Assembly: GCA_964486995.1 (NCBI GenBank) | Contig: CAZAOV010000002.1 | Location: forward strand, 26,559-90,558 | Length of the DNA stretch: 64,000 nucleotides | Direction: 5' to 3' | From: an uncultured Gammaproteobacteria bacterium | Lineage (GTDB): Bacteria > Patescibacteriota > Patescibacteriia > SG8-24 | In this document: positions 30,000-39,244 of the stretch, in pieces | How the letters are laid out: the number at the start of each line of letters is the position of its first letter | Numbering within the stretch: the first letter of the stretch is position 1 | Position numbers and translations under genes: made by a program | The notes under the pieces: model-generated | What the model was told of the DNA's origin: nothing | The model's database searches: none | What the model saw: the letters and a program-made list of their open reading frames with translations, nothing else

Positions 30000-30334
30000 T
30001 GCTCCTCCAACTGTCAAAGAAACGGGCATTTTGCCCGATTAGAGAGGTTATCAATCGGACGAGGGTTTGGTCAAGGGGCAAAGTGCCGTGCGACATCCTA
30101 GACTGGTTGAACCACACAAGCCATCTGTGGTAATCGCACATAACGACGTGGCGGCAGCCTGCTTACTGGCAGGCAGCGGTATGCCTAAGCTTCATTCATC
30201 CGAGCACACCACAGCAACCCTTCTTTATCGCTACTGATAGGAATGAAAACCTCATGCCCGAATTCAACTGAGGTTCCACCCGGGATTTCCTGGGGCACAA
30301 AAAAAAGCCGCCGGAGTTTTCGGCGGCTTTTACA

Positions 30335-30880
30335 TTATTTTTTTTCGAGCACGAATGCGTAAGGCAACGCGTCGGCAATGGTTGTCACGCAAACCGTGCC
30401 ATCGGCGAGATACGACAGCAACCAGGTTTGGCGATCTAGCCGGGCGTTTTCAGAGATGCACTGCAGGCAATGCCCGCATGGCGCAGTTTTCTGCCACTCC
30501 TTAGGCAATCCGTTGGCAGTCTTGACAGTGCCGGGCGTGGGAATTTCGGCGTCAGCCGGCGCGGCGACGATTGCAACCGCGCTAATCCTGACATCATTTC
30601 CCTCTTCGGCCACCAGCGAGTCGGCGGCGTTCTGTTCGGCATGCGATGTCTGCGTGTAGCTACACCGCTCGACATTACAGCCGCCGTAGATACGACCGGT
30701 CTCATCGCTAGCCACAGCCGCACCAACGAGATAGCCAGAATACGGAGCCTGTGCGTTTTGACGCACCACGAACGCCAATCGAATTAACTCCTGCCCGACC
30801 GAATCGAGCTGATGAAAGAATACGCGATAAGACATGATGCGTCGCATCTCATGACCAAGCCGACCCCGAACCGGAATCAT
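30335..30880 (-). CDS. cdd: cytidine deaminase
   Basis: The SHAEQNA (H-A-E) and PCGHCLQ (PCxxC) zinc-binding motifs align with B. subtilis Cdd. The true start is probably the internal MSYRVF at about 30835. Confidence 0.75.
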   Translation of the reverse strand: MIPVRGRLGHEMRRIMSYRVFFHQLDSVGQELIRLAFVVRQNAQAPYSGYLVGAAVASDETGRIYGGCNVERCSYTQTSHAEQNAADSLVAEEGNDVRISAVAIVAAPADAEIPTPGTVKTANGLPKEWQKTAPCGHCLQCISENARLDRQTWLLSYLADGTVCVTTIADALPYAFVLEKK

Positions 30881-31043
30881 GGACTACTCCTATTAATGAA
30901 CTCTGCTAACATCTAACCAAATATCCCCATCCAAAAACAAATTCAAGTTGTGGATAGTTATCAATTCCTTCACCAACGACCAGCTCGATACTTGACGTTA
31001 TTGCTTTAAAGATGCATAATATGACTTCGGTGAGGAGTAAATA

Positions 31044-31190
31044 ATGAACGACAGGCGATGCAAGGTCATTTGGGGCCTGTTCGCAGCATTGGCCGCGACC
31101 GTGTTCTTCGCGCTGTTCATGGCGGCCGCGGACTGTGACAATACGGACGACGAAGAAGAAGAACAACGCACTGAACAAAAGGAGGGCTGA
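31044..31190 (+). CDS. small membrane peptide 1 (48 aa: one TM plus an acidic tail)
   Basis: RBS gaggagtaaata before the ATG. Preferred over the overlapping 127-aa minus ORF. Confidence 0.4.
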   Translation: MNDRRCKVIWGLFAALAATVFFALFMAAADCDNTDDEEEEQRTEQKEG

Positions 31191-31191
31191 C

Positions 31192-31293
31192 ATGTTACGA
31201 CGACTCATCGCCATCGCACTAATCACGCTCGGCGCGTTCCTGCTCGGCCTGCTCATGATATGGGTGGGGAGCGGTTGCGGAAGCTGCATCTAA
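31192..31293 (+). CDS. small membrane peptide 2 (33 aa: one TM, C-terminal GSGCGSCI)
   Basis: RBS aaggaggg overlaps the upstream stop, so the two peptides are translationally coupled. A hairpin follows at 31318-31338. Confidence 0.4.
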   Translation: MLRRLIAIALITLGAFLLGLLMIWVGSGCGSCI

Positions 31294-31449
31294 CGTTCTG
31301 AAATCTTTTTTCTTGGCACCCCTGGTGGGTGCTTTTTGTTGGGCGTATGAGAACATGAGAGGAAGAAGGTGCGGCGGGACGGTGGAGTTCGCGGATGTAT
31401 GTGCATGTCCGCCGCCCTTCTGTTCTTTCACCCTTCTACCTGACCAAAT

Positions 31450-31486
31450 AAAAAGACCCAGCACCTAGGCCGGGTCTTATTTTTAA
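31450..31486. terminator. bidirectional terminator (aaaaagacccagcacctaggccgggtcttattttt)
   Basis: Hairpin with A/T runs on both sides, between convergent genes. Confidence 0.6.
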
Positions 31487-32209
31487 CTATGCCCTCCAAA
31501 GACCGAGCCGATACAGAACACAATACTTCAGAAACCCCAACCCATACCGACTGGATGCCCAAAAACCAATCATCGACGCATCCTCGAAATAGCGAGTCAT
31601 AATCGGCACCTCGGCCATTTTCATCTTGCGGTCGGCGACCTGGATGATGATTTGCGTATCGAACACGAAGTTGTCCGAGTTCTGTTCGATGTCGAACTCA
31701 TCGAATACGCTCATGTCGTAAGCGCGCAAACCGGAATGAAACTCGGTCAATCCAGTTCCTAACGATATGTTACCAAACCAGGTCAGTCCCTTATTGGCGA
31801 TGAACTTCCACCACGGCATGCCACCGGCGCGCGCATTCTCCGGGTGAATCATGCGCGAACCAAATACTGCCTGTGCACCGTCATCCACCACCAGCTTGAC
31901 CATCTCCGGAATGTATTCCGGACTGTACTGATGATCTGGATGAATCATCACCGCAACATCTGCGCCACGATTGCGAGCCAGGCGATAGCACGACTTCTGG
32001 TTGCCGCCATAGCCGCGGTTCTGCGGATGAACGTGCACATGAATCGGCAGCGAATGCGCCACTTCGACCGTATTGTCCGGACTGGCGTCATCAACCAAAA
32101 TTACGTCGTCGTACCAGCCATCAGGCAAGGCCTCATAGCATTCGACTAGAGTTTTGGCCGCTCTGTACGCCGGCATGACCACGGCGATTCTTTTTCCTTT
32201 ATAGGGCAT
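31487..32209 (-). CDS. family-2 glycosyltransferase (polyprenol-phosphate sugar synthase-like, DPM1/GtrB type)
   Basis: GT-A N-terminus (IAVVMPAYRAAKTL...VILVDDASPDNT) with a DxD-type motif. Confidence 0.8.
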   Translation of the reverse strand: MPYKGKRIAVVMPAYRAAKTLVECYEALPDGWYDDVILVDDASPDNTVEVAHSLPIHVHVHPQNRGYGGNQKSCYRLARNRGADVAVMIHPDHQYSPEYIPEMVKLVVDDGAQAVFGSRMIHPENARAGGMPWWKFIANKGLTWFGNISLGTGLTEFHSGLRAYDMSVFDEFDIEQNSDNFVFDTQIIIQVADRKMKMAEVPIMTRYFEDASMIGFWASSRYGLGFLKYCVLYRLGLWRA

Positions 32210-32218
32210 GGGTATCTC

Positions 32219-33835
32219 CTATCTTTTTGAATACATGTCTAGGGTAAAAATATTATCCAAGTTTTCATAGACTTTTCGCCAATCGCGTCGCATGAACCAA
32301 TCTTGTACAGCGAAGTCATTATAACTAAACATGAACAGCCAAACTCGATCGTATTTACCGTCATCCAACAAGTTATCAAGTTTTCTTTGTACCGCCCAAC
32401 CTGGCTCAGCTTCTATTCTGACCTGCATCTCGTTCTCCACTATTCCGAGTCGATGCCGACTGCTGAGATGGTCTTTGCCATAGTAGTTCGTTGGCAGCAT
32501 TGTGGCAATCGGTATGTCTGGCGGCAGGTAGTGGGCCAGATCTGATCTGATACTGACGAAATATACAATGACCAGGTCGCCTGCGCGGTACTGATCTTCT
32601 ATGAACTCGGCCATCTCGCGCAACCGAAAATCGTAATCCCAAAGCGCATCGTTTCCGGCCACACGCGCTATCGACGGAACCAGAGTCACCACCAGCAAGA
32701 CAACCATCAGGGCGGCTTTTTTTCGCGGCAAACCAACGGCTATGCGGGCTATAAGCATAACCATCGGAATAGACAGATACATCACGTGCCGGAAGAACAG
32801 TTTAGAATAATTCATGGATTGCGGCGACACGGCAAACATGGCTAGCCCGAACAGCACGAGCCACAAGAGATAGGTTATCGTTTTTCCGTCGGTAAATCGA
32901 CGCGTCGGCGCAGCTGCTTTGATGAACACAACTACCAGCCACAGAAACGTGAACTTGAAAATATAAATCGACAGCAATTCGATTCGATAGACGGTTTTTT
33001 CCTTGGTGAGCCATACTAAATTACTGAGCACGCCCTCAATAAAATACGAGGCTCGATCCGGTACGCTGCGGCGCGGAATTCCGTATATATCGAATGATGA
33101 TAAACATATCTTGTACAGGAAAGGTACCAACCACGGCAAAAAGCCGATGAACATCACTGCATGTGCCACTAGCCAATAGACAAACTCACGCGAACGGGTG
33201 GTTTTAGGATTTCTTAACGACTCAATTAGCCACCAAATCGCCAGAGCAACCGAAAGAAAGGCAAACGAATAGTGCAAGTAGATGCCGATGAGCGAGCTTA
33301 AAATGTAGCCAACCGCCAACATCGGGCAATTCCGACGCAGCAGGTGTTCCCATAGAAGCCAAATGGCCAACGCCGCAAAAAAGCACATGATGGCATAAGG
33401 TCGCGCCTCCTGGCCGAACTCAATCTGCACCGGCAGAACGGCCAACAGCAATGCGGTCAACAGTCCGCCTGCCCGCGTTTTGAACATGCGCAACGTGGCG
33501 AAATAGACTACAACGATAGTGCCGAGGCTAAACAAGACCGAAAGGGAGCGTAGAGCCAGTTCGCTAACGCCAATAAATTTTGTCCAGAGCGCCAAAATTA
33601 AATAAAACAGTGGCGGATGAAATTCAACCAACGCCAGATACCGCAACATCTCCCCTATTCCGGCGGACTTAGTGGCGATATCGAGCGATAAAATTTCATC
33701 AGCCCAGAACGGTTCGGCGCTAATATTTATGAGCCGCAAACCGAGCGCAAGCAACAAAATGCCGCCCAAGCACCATGGCCAGTGGCGGTCATAAAACGAT
33801 TGCCTGTTTTTTCGCTTGAAAAATTTTCTGAGCAT
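32219..33835 (-). CDS. GT-C membrane glycosyltransferase (PMT/ArnT-like, GT39/GT83 type), paralog A
   Basis: Polytopic N-terminal half with a DEILSLD motif in the first periplasmic loop and a soluble C-terminal domain. The start MLRKFF overlaps the upstream stop by 4 nt. Confidence 0.65.
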   Translation of the reverse strand: MLRKFFKRKNRQSFYDRHWPWCLGGILLLALGLRLINISAEPFWADEILSLDIATKSAGIGEMLRYLALVEFHPPLFYLILALWTKFIGVSELALRSLSVLFSLGTIVVVYFATLRMFKTRAGGLLTALLLAVLPVQIEFGQEARPYAIMCFFAALAIWLLWEHLLRRNCPMLAVGYILSSLIGIYLHYSFAFLSVALAIWWLIESLRNPKTTRSREFVYWLVAHAVMFIGFLPWLVPFLYKICLSSFDIYGIPRRSVPDRASYFIEGVLSNLVWLTKEKTVYRIELLSIYIFKFTFLWLVVVFIKAAAPTRRFTDGKTITYLLWLVLFGLAMFAVSPQSMNYSKLFFRHVMYLSIPMVMLIARIAVGLPRKKAALMVVLLVVTLVPSIARVAGNDALWDYDFRLREMAEFIEDQYRAGDLVIVYFVSIRSDLAHYLPPDIPIATMLPTNYYGKDHLSSRHRLGIVENEMQVRIEAEPGWAVQRKLDNLLDDGKYDRVWLFMFSYNDFAVQDWFMRRDWRKVYENLDNIFTLDMYSKR

Positions 33836-33837
33836 AT

Positions 33838-35448
33838 TCAGCGGCGGTCGTACATATCGAGCAAAAATAATCCGGAAATGGACTGGAAGGCGTGGCGCCA
33901 TTGTTCGGAATCAAACCAAGTGTGCACCAACAGGTCGTCCGTTCGCATTCCGTAGAGCCAAAAACGCTCGGGCCGATTTTGCAGCTGATCGATTCGGTCA
34001 AGCTGGAGATGTGCTTGGGCCTTAGTAGTCTTGGGCACCCGGAACTGAGATTCGTTTTCAATTAAACCCAGCCTCGTTCGGGCACGCATGAAATCATGCC
34101 CAAAATATCCGGCTGGCACCAGGGTTTCCACCGGAATTTCCGGCCGTAGGTAGTGCGATATGTTCGAGCGCGCAAAATTATATGAAACGACCACCACGTC
34201 TCCGGGACGATAATTATCATTGATGTACTGCGCCACCTCGGAAACACGATGTTTGTAGTTCCAGGTGGCATCATTCTGCATGACAAACGCCAGATACGGC
34301 ATCAGCGTCACCACAAATAACGCCAACAACAGCTTGCCCCAGCGACCGGACAGGCGATTCGCTACCATGGCGACGAAAATCATCAGCGGAACGGTAATCG
34401 GCAGCATGTGACGGAAAATGCGGTCGGTGTAGGCCAACGACGCAGGCGATGCGATAAAAAATATTATCGGCACCACGGACAGAAAAGCCAAGAACAGCCA
34501 GCGCTGTCGGTCACGGGATATTTTCCTGGTCGTACGTCCGGCGATCGGCGCCAGCACGATTAGCGTCGCGAACACTAACGCAATCTTAAAAATAGCGGCG
34601 GCTAAAATCTGAATCCGCGGGACGTACTCGGTCCACGACAGCCACACAATCCGATCCAGCGACATATCGAGCACGCCCGGCTCACGAAGCGTGGAATCGT
34701 TGCGGGCCAGACCGAAGATGTCCCAATTGCCTAACATCAGTTTATGCAGAAAGGGATTGAGCCATGGGGCGAACACCAAGAAAATCACGGCGTGCGTCAA
34801 AAACCATTGCATCAAGTATTTGGAGCATTTTTTGTTCGTCCGCAAATCGTTCAATAGCCACCACAAAGAAACGGCGGCGATAGTGAACATAAAAGAGTAG
34901 TGCAGATACAACCCGGCCGCAGCGGACAAAATATAGAGAGCCAACCAGCCCTTGTTCCGCGAAGACATGAACTCCCAGACCGCCCACATGACTAGAACGG
35001 CAAATAATGTGTACATGGCGTACGGGCGGGCCTCTTGTCCGTATTCGACCTGAATCGGCAGGATTGCCACCAAAAACGCGGTGATTAAGCCGACCTTGGT
35101 GCTCTTACTCACGCTGCGCCCAAAATAGAACGCCGTTACCACAATCGCCAAACTGAAAATCAGCGACAACGAGCGAGTGGCCGCTTCGCTAGAACCAAAC
35201 CAGGCCGCCCACGGCTTCACTAATATATAGTAGTGCGGCGGGTGAATTTCGATGGCGGCGATGTACTGAACCATCTCCCCCAATCCGGCGAATCCGGTAT
35301 AGATATCGAGGCTCAAAATCTCGTCACCCCAGTACGGTTCCGTGCCAATATTTGCGAGACGCAAAATCGCCGCCAGCAAAACGATGCCGGCCAGAATCCA
35401 TGCTGGTGATATTTTTTCTCTCTTGTGTCTAAATAATCGTTTAAGCAT
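33838..35448 (-). CDS. GT-C membrane glycosyltransferase (PMT/ArnT-like), paralog B
   Basis: Homologous to paralog A along its full length (DEILSLD, YLHYSF). The start MLKRLF was chosen by alignment with paralog A. Confidence 0.65.
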   Translation of the reverse strand: MLKRLFRHKREKISPAWILAGIVLLAAILRLANIGTEPYWGDEILSLDIYTGFAGLGEMVQYIAAIEIHPPHYYILVKPWAAWFGSSEAATRSLSLIFSLAIVVTAFYFGRSVSKSTKVGLITAFLVAILPIQVEYGQEARPYAMYTLFAVLVMWAVWEFMSSRNKGWLALYILSAAAGLYLHYSFMFTIAAVSLWWLLNDLRTNKKCSKYLMQWFLTHAVIFLVFAPWLNPFLHKLMLGNWDIFGLARNDSTLREPGVLDMSLDRIVWLSWTEYVPRIQILAAAIFKIALVFATLIVLAPIAGRTTRKISRDRQRWLFLAFLSVVPIIFFIASPASLAYTDRIFRHMLPITVPLMIFVAMVANRLSGRWGKLLLALFVVTLMPYLAFVMQNDATWNYKHRVSEVAQYINDNYRPGDVVVVSYNFARSNISHYLRPEIPVETLVPAGYFGHDFMRARTRLGLIENESQFRVPKTTKAQAHLQLDRIDQLQNRPERFWLYGMRTDDLLVHTWFDSEQWRHAFQSISGLFLLDMYDRR

Positions 35449-35573
35449 ATTGACACTATATAACAAAGTGCGGATGTACGGGAGTTCGGGGGTGTGGAAC
35501 AACACTTAGGTGCTGAGATTCCGCGGGGCATGATTTGGAAGAAAAAATCCATCCGCTAGGATGGATCGGTTTT

Positions 35574-36002
35574 TTACATTGTGAGGTAATTGATGGCAGC
35601 GGTAATGACTGCATTGCGGTTACTGCCGACACCAACTACGCCGAGCATATCGAGCACATCCTGCATATTCAGGCACTCGAACGAACTGAACTCATCGAAG
35701 TCGATTTCGCAATTGCGCGGCAGAAGGCTGTCGTCGAGGTCAGGCAGCAAAACCCCGCCGGCGGCACAGCGATATGGCTCCAGCATACCCAACCAGAATT
35801 GAACCAAGAACCCAGTATCCGTAATGGCCGCTTTCTCTAGTTCGTCCTCCGAGTACTCGGGATGCTTAATACCAATCACACCCAAAACAAACGGCTGAAA
35901 AAAGTCAGCGATATCGGCCATCGCCGTAAGATGGCCCATCATGCGATCTTCTTGGCGCCGCTGCGGGACGAGCGTACCGCATCTATGCTCCGAAGCAGAC
36001 AT
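35574..36002 (-). CDS. hypothetical protein
   Basis: 142-aa ORF with no recognised motifs. Confidence 0.4.
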   Translation of the reverse strand: MSASEHRCGTLVPQRRQEDRMMGHLTAMADIADFFQPFVLGVIGIKHPEYSEDELEKAAITDTGFLVQFWLGMLEPYRCAAGGVLLPDLDDSLLPRNCEIDFDEFSSFECLNMQDVLDMLGVVGVGSNRNAVITAAINYLTM

Positions 36003-36153
36003 GATTATCTCCTTTCTGTAAGGTACTTAAAAGATTATTCTAGCTTAATCAACCGATCTGGTCAATATCGGATTTAGGGTTTAAGATTCCGGGCCTTTCA
36101 CGGCGTCTTAAACTCTAACCAAAAAAGAGGCGTTGGCCTCTTTTGTTGAATGG

Positions 36154-36480
36154 CTATTTCTTGGTGGTTTTCTTTTTAGCGGTCGTTTTGCGCGTGCGGG
36201 TGGTCTTTTTTATGCGTTCCTGAATTCCCCAAGTGATGAGTTCTTTAAGCGCCTGCGACACCAACGTAAACGACGCGGCTGAGCGTTCCATTTTCTCGTG
36301 CGCCGACTGCGCCACATCCTCGATTTTTTCTACTGCTCCGCGCACCTGTCGCACCAATGCCTCGGCATCGCGCACGATGGATATGATGTAATACAATAAC
36401 CACGAAATAAAAATGGTGATCCATAAAATGCTGAACGCCAGGACCACAAAAAGCAGGTCTTTACTTGATTCAATTAGCAT
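36154..36480 (-). CDS. small membrane protein with a lysine-rich C-terminal tail, hypothetical
   Basis: One N-terminal TM helix, a coiled segment, and a terminal KKTTRTRKTTAKKKTTKK tail. Confidence 0.5.
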   Translation of the reverse strand: MLIESSKDLLFVVLAFSILWITIFISWLLYYIISIVRDAEALVRQVRGAVEKIEDVAQSAHEKMERSAASFTLVSQALKELITWGIQERIKKTTRTRKTTAKKKTTKK

Positions 36481-36678
36481 AGAAAATAAAGGTCTATTAT
36501 TATGTGGTTAATTATAGCATACATTTTATAACAAGTCTGACGGTTTTTAAGGCAAGAGGGTTCGTTTTGGGGGCAATACTAAACAACTAGGAAGATAAAC
36601 GACCCAAAAAAATCCGTAACCCCAATTCACCAATTCAAAAAACGCCCAACCATTTAGTTGGACGTTTTTAATCGTTGT

Positions 36679-39102
36679 CTAGGTGCGAAGCTTCGCGTCC
36701 GCCTCTTTCTCCAATGCCTGCAAAATATTCCCAATCTCTGCCTCAACCTCCTCGGCAGTCAAAGTCTTCTCCGGATGCAAAAACGACAAGTGCATCGCAA
36801 AACTCTTCATTGAATCACCCAATTTAGAATCTCGATACACATCAAACAACTCTACTCCACTCAGTAAATCGGAAGCCGCCAATATCGCCTGCTCAACCTT
36901 CGCATACTCCACCGACTTCCCAACCACTACCGCCAAATCCCGCCGAACTGGCGGAAACTGCGGAATCGGCTCATAGCCACCGCCCACCTCGTCGGACTCC
37001 ACCAACACAGCCAGATCAAACTCAGCAATACATACCCGCCCATCAATACCAAACGCTTCCAGAACCAGCGGATGTATCTCGCCCATGGTTCCAATCGCGG
37101 TATCGCCGATATACAAGTCAACAGTGCGTCCGGGATGCCACAGCTGAGATTTCGGATCGATGCGGCCAGTAGAAACCTTGCGATTTAATTTATTAAAGAG
37201 ACCCTGCGCCGCACCTTTCACCTGACGGAACAAAGTGTCGTCTTTATGCGAACCATAGGCCGCTATCAAAACCGTCGATCGTTCCTCTGGCAAATTCGCT
37301 CCATCGTTCTTGATGTAAATATTACTCACCTCGAACAGGCCATTCTCCGGAAACAGACCTTCGTTATGAGCGATGGTGTCCAATGTATCAGGCACCAAAG
37401 ACGGTCGCATGTATTCAAACTCTTCGGACAGAGGATTAGCGATGCGCATTAAATTTTTAGCTTCGAAACCAGCTTTCTCCATAATGTCCCGCGAACCAAA
37501 CGAGTAATTCACCACCTGAGTGAAGCCGGACGAAGAAAGGTAGACTTTGGCCGTATCCTCGGCCGCCAATACCGAATCGACCGGTGCCACCGGCAACTCA
37601 CCGGTCGGAATCTCGGACGGTAAATTCGCGTAACCATACACGCGAGCAATCTCCTCGGCAAAATCCCGCTCCCCTTCTATGTCGCGCGCCCGCCAATACG
37701 GTACCTCCACGTCATACACCGGCTTACCTTTTTTGATGGTCGAACGCCTGCTCATGCTGAAACCCAAGGCTTTCAAAATCTTTACCATCTTGGCGGCTGG
37801 AATCTTCACGCCAATCAAACGCTCGGCATGTTCGGGTCGGAACTGATATTTCACCCTGCGATGCGAATCAGACCGGACATCAAATACTTTGCTCGCCACC
37901 GTACCGCAGGCAACACGCTGACAAAGTTCCACTGCACGCGCGAGCGCGGCCTGAGTTTGCTCTTCCGGCAACCCCTTCTCAAAACGCAATGAGGAATCAG
38001 ACCGCACATCTAGCGCACGACCGGTACGACGTATAGAGACTGGATCAAACGTCGCAGCCTCGAACACGATAGTGGTTGTACCCTCGGTTACGCCTGTGTT
38101 TTCACCGCCCATCACACCGGCTACCGCCACCGGCTTCTCGGCATCCGCAATCACCAGCTGATCCGCAGTCAGTTCCTTGGTCTCGCCGTCGAGCAATAAA
38201 ATCTTCTCACCTTTCTTGGCTTTGCGAATACGAATCTTTCCACCGGCTAACCTTTCATAGTCAAACGCGTGCATGGGCTGACCCAACTCCAGCATTACGT
38301 AATTGGTAATGTCCACGATGTTATTAATCGGCCTAAAACCCGACATCAGCAATCGATTCTTCAGCCACCATGGCGACGGACCCACCTCAATGTTCTCCAT
38401 CACGACAGCCTGATACCGCGAACAGAGTTCCTTATCCTGATTATCGACCTCGAACGGTACGGCTTTGGTACCTTTAGGCATGGACGGTGCTATGGCTTCC
38501 TTCCAAGTGAGCGGCTCTTCTAAAATTGCTGAAGTCTCACGCGCGAGACCGACCATACTGAACGCATCCGGCCGATTCGTGGTGATTTCGATATCGAAAA
38601 CCGTATCCTCCAAATCCAATGCCTTGGCCAGGGCGGTACCGGGTTTAGCCTTGCACCAGCTCATGTCCATAATCTCCTTGTCTGCATGCGGGAAACCATC
38701 TTCTAGACCGATTTCAGACGCGGCACAAATCATGCCCGCACTTTTTACCCCTCGAATCTCGGCCGGCTCCAGCTTTATCGGCTCCCCTTCTCCGTGCCAG
38801 CGCACTTCGGCACCCGGCAGCGCAACCGCGACTTTCATGCCCTCCCCCAAGTTACTGCCACCACAAACGATGTCGGCCTTTTCCTTGCCCAAATCAGTCA
38901 CGGCGATACGCAACTTGTCGGCGTTCGGATGATGCTTAATCTCCAAAATCTTGCCGACCACCATATTGTCGAACCGTGGAGCTTGTGGAAACAACCGCTC
39001 CACCCCCGGTCCGGACAACGAAACACGGCGCGCAAAATCTTCGGCCGTTGCTTTCACGCCGACGAACTCTTTGATCCAGTTATACGATGCGAGTATATTC
39101 AT
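36679..39102 (-). CDS. pheT: phenylalanine--tRNA ligase beta subunit
   Basis: 807 aa. Typical PheT N-terminus (MNILASYNWIKEF) with the B3/4, B5 and FDX-ACB domains in canonical order. Confidence 0.95.
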   Translation of the reverse strand: MNILASYNWIKEFVGVKATAEDFARRVSLSGPGVERLFPQAPRFDNMVVGKILEIKHHPNADKLRIAVTDLGKEKADIVCGGSNLGEGMKVAVALPGAEVRWHGEGEPIKLEPAEIRGVKSAGMICAASEIGLEDGFPHADKEIMDMSWCKAKPGTALAKALDLEDTVFDIEITTNRPDAFSMVGLARETSAILEEPLTWKEAIAPSMPKGTKAVPFEVDNQDKELCSRYQAVVMENIEVGPSPWWLKNRLLMSGFRPINNIVDITNYVMLELGQPMHAFDYERLAGGKIRIRKAKKGEKILLLDGETKELTADQLVIADAEKPVAVAGVMGGENTGVTEGTTTIVFEAATFDPVSIRRTGRALDVRSDSSLRFEKGLPEEQTQAALARAVELCQRVACGTVASKVFDVRSDSHRRVKYQFRPEHAERLIGVKIPAAKMVKILKALGFSMSRRSTIKKGKPVYDVEVPYWRARDIEGERDFAEEIARVYGYANLPSEIPTGELPVAPVDSVLAAEDTAKVYLSSSGFTQVVNYSFGSRDIMEKAGFEAKNLMRIANPLSEEFEYMRPSLVPDTLDTIAHNEGLFPENGLFEVSNIYIKNDGANLPEERSTVLIAAYGSHKDDTLFRQVKGAAQGLFNKLNRKVSTGRIDPKSQLWHPGRTVDLYIGDTAIGTMGEIHPLVLEAFGIDGRVCIAEFDLAVLVESDEVGGGYEPIPQFPPVRRDLAVVVGKSVEYAKVEQAILAASDLLSGVELFDVYRDSKLGDSMKSFAMHLSFLHPEKTLTAEEVEAEIGNILQALEKEADAKLRT

Positions 39103-39110
39103 AGGATTTC

Positions 39111-39236
39111 AGTGTAGAAGTATAGATGTATAGAAGTATAGATGTGTAGAAGTTTAGGAGACCCACCCATTTCATCAGACGTCTTGCGTAAGTGCGCGGG
39201 TCTGCTACACCCCTACACTACTACACATCTACACTG
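39111..39236. repeat. family-A palindromic repeat element, copy 1 (GTRTAGRRG heptamer arrays flanking a conserved core)
   Basis: Left arm of tandem gtgtagaag/gtatagatg units. Core ...gacgtcttgcgtaagtgcgcgggtctgctacac. Right arm of inverted ctacac units. Confidence 0.7.
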
Positions 39237-39244
39237 TTTGATGA

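Noticed and set aside
30906-31289. 127-aa minus-strand ORF
   Set aside because: It is completely overlapped by two plus-strand small peptide genes that have strong, correctly spaced RBSs and translational coupling. It has no RBS of its own.
39111-39236. Possible CRISPR array, because of short tandem repeated units in family-A elements
   Set aside because: The units are 7-9 nt, directly abutting and without spacers. They are mirrored by inverse units on the other side of a core, giving a palindromic hairpin architecture. No cas genes are nearby.
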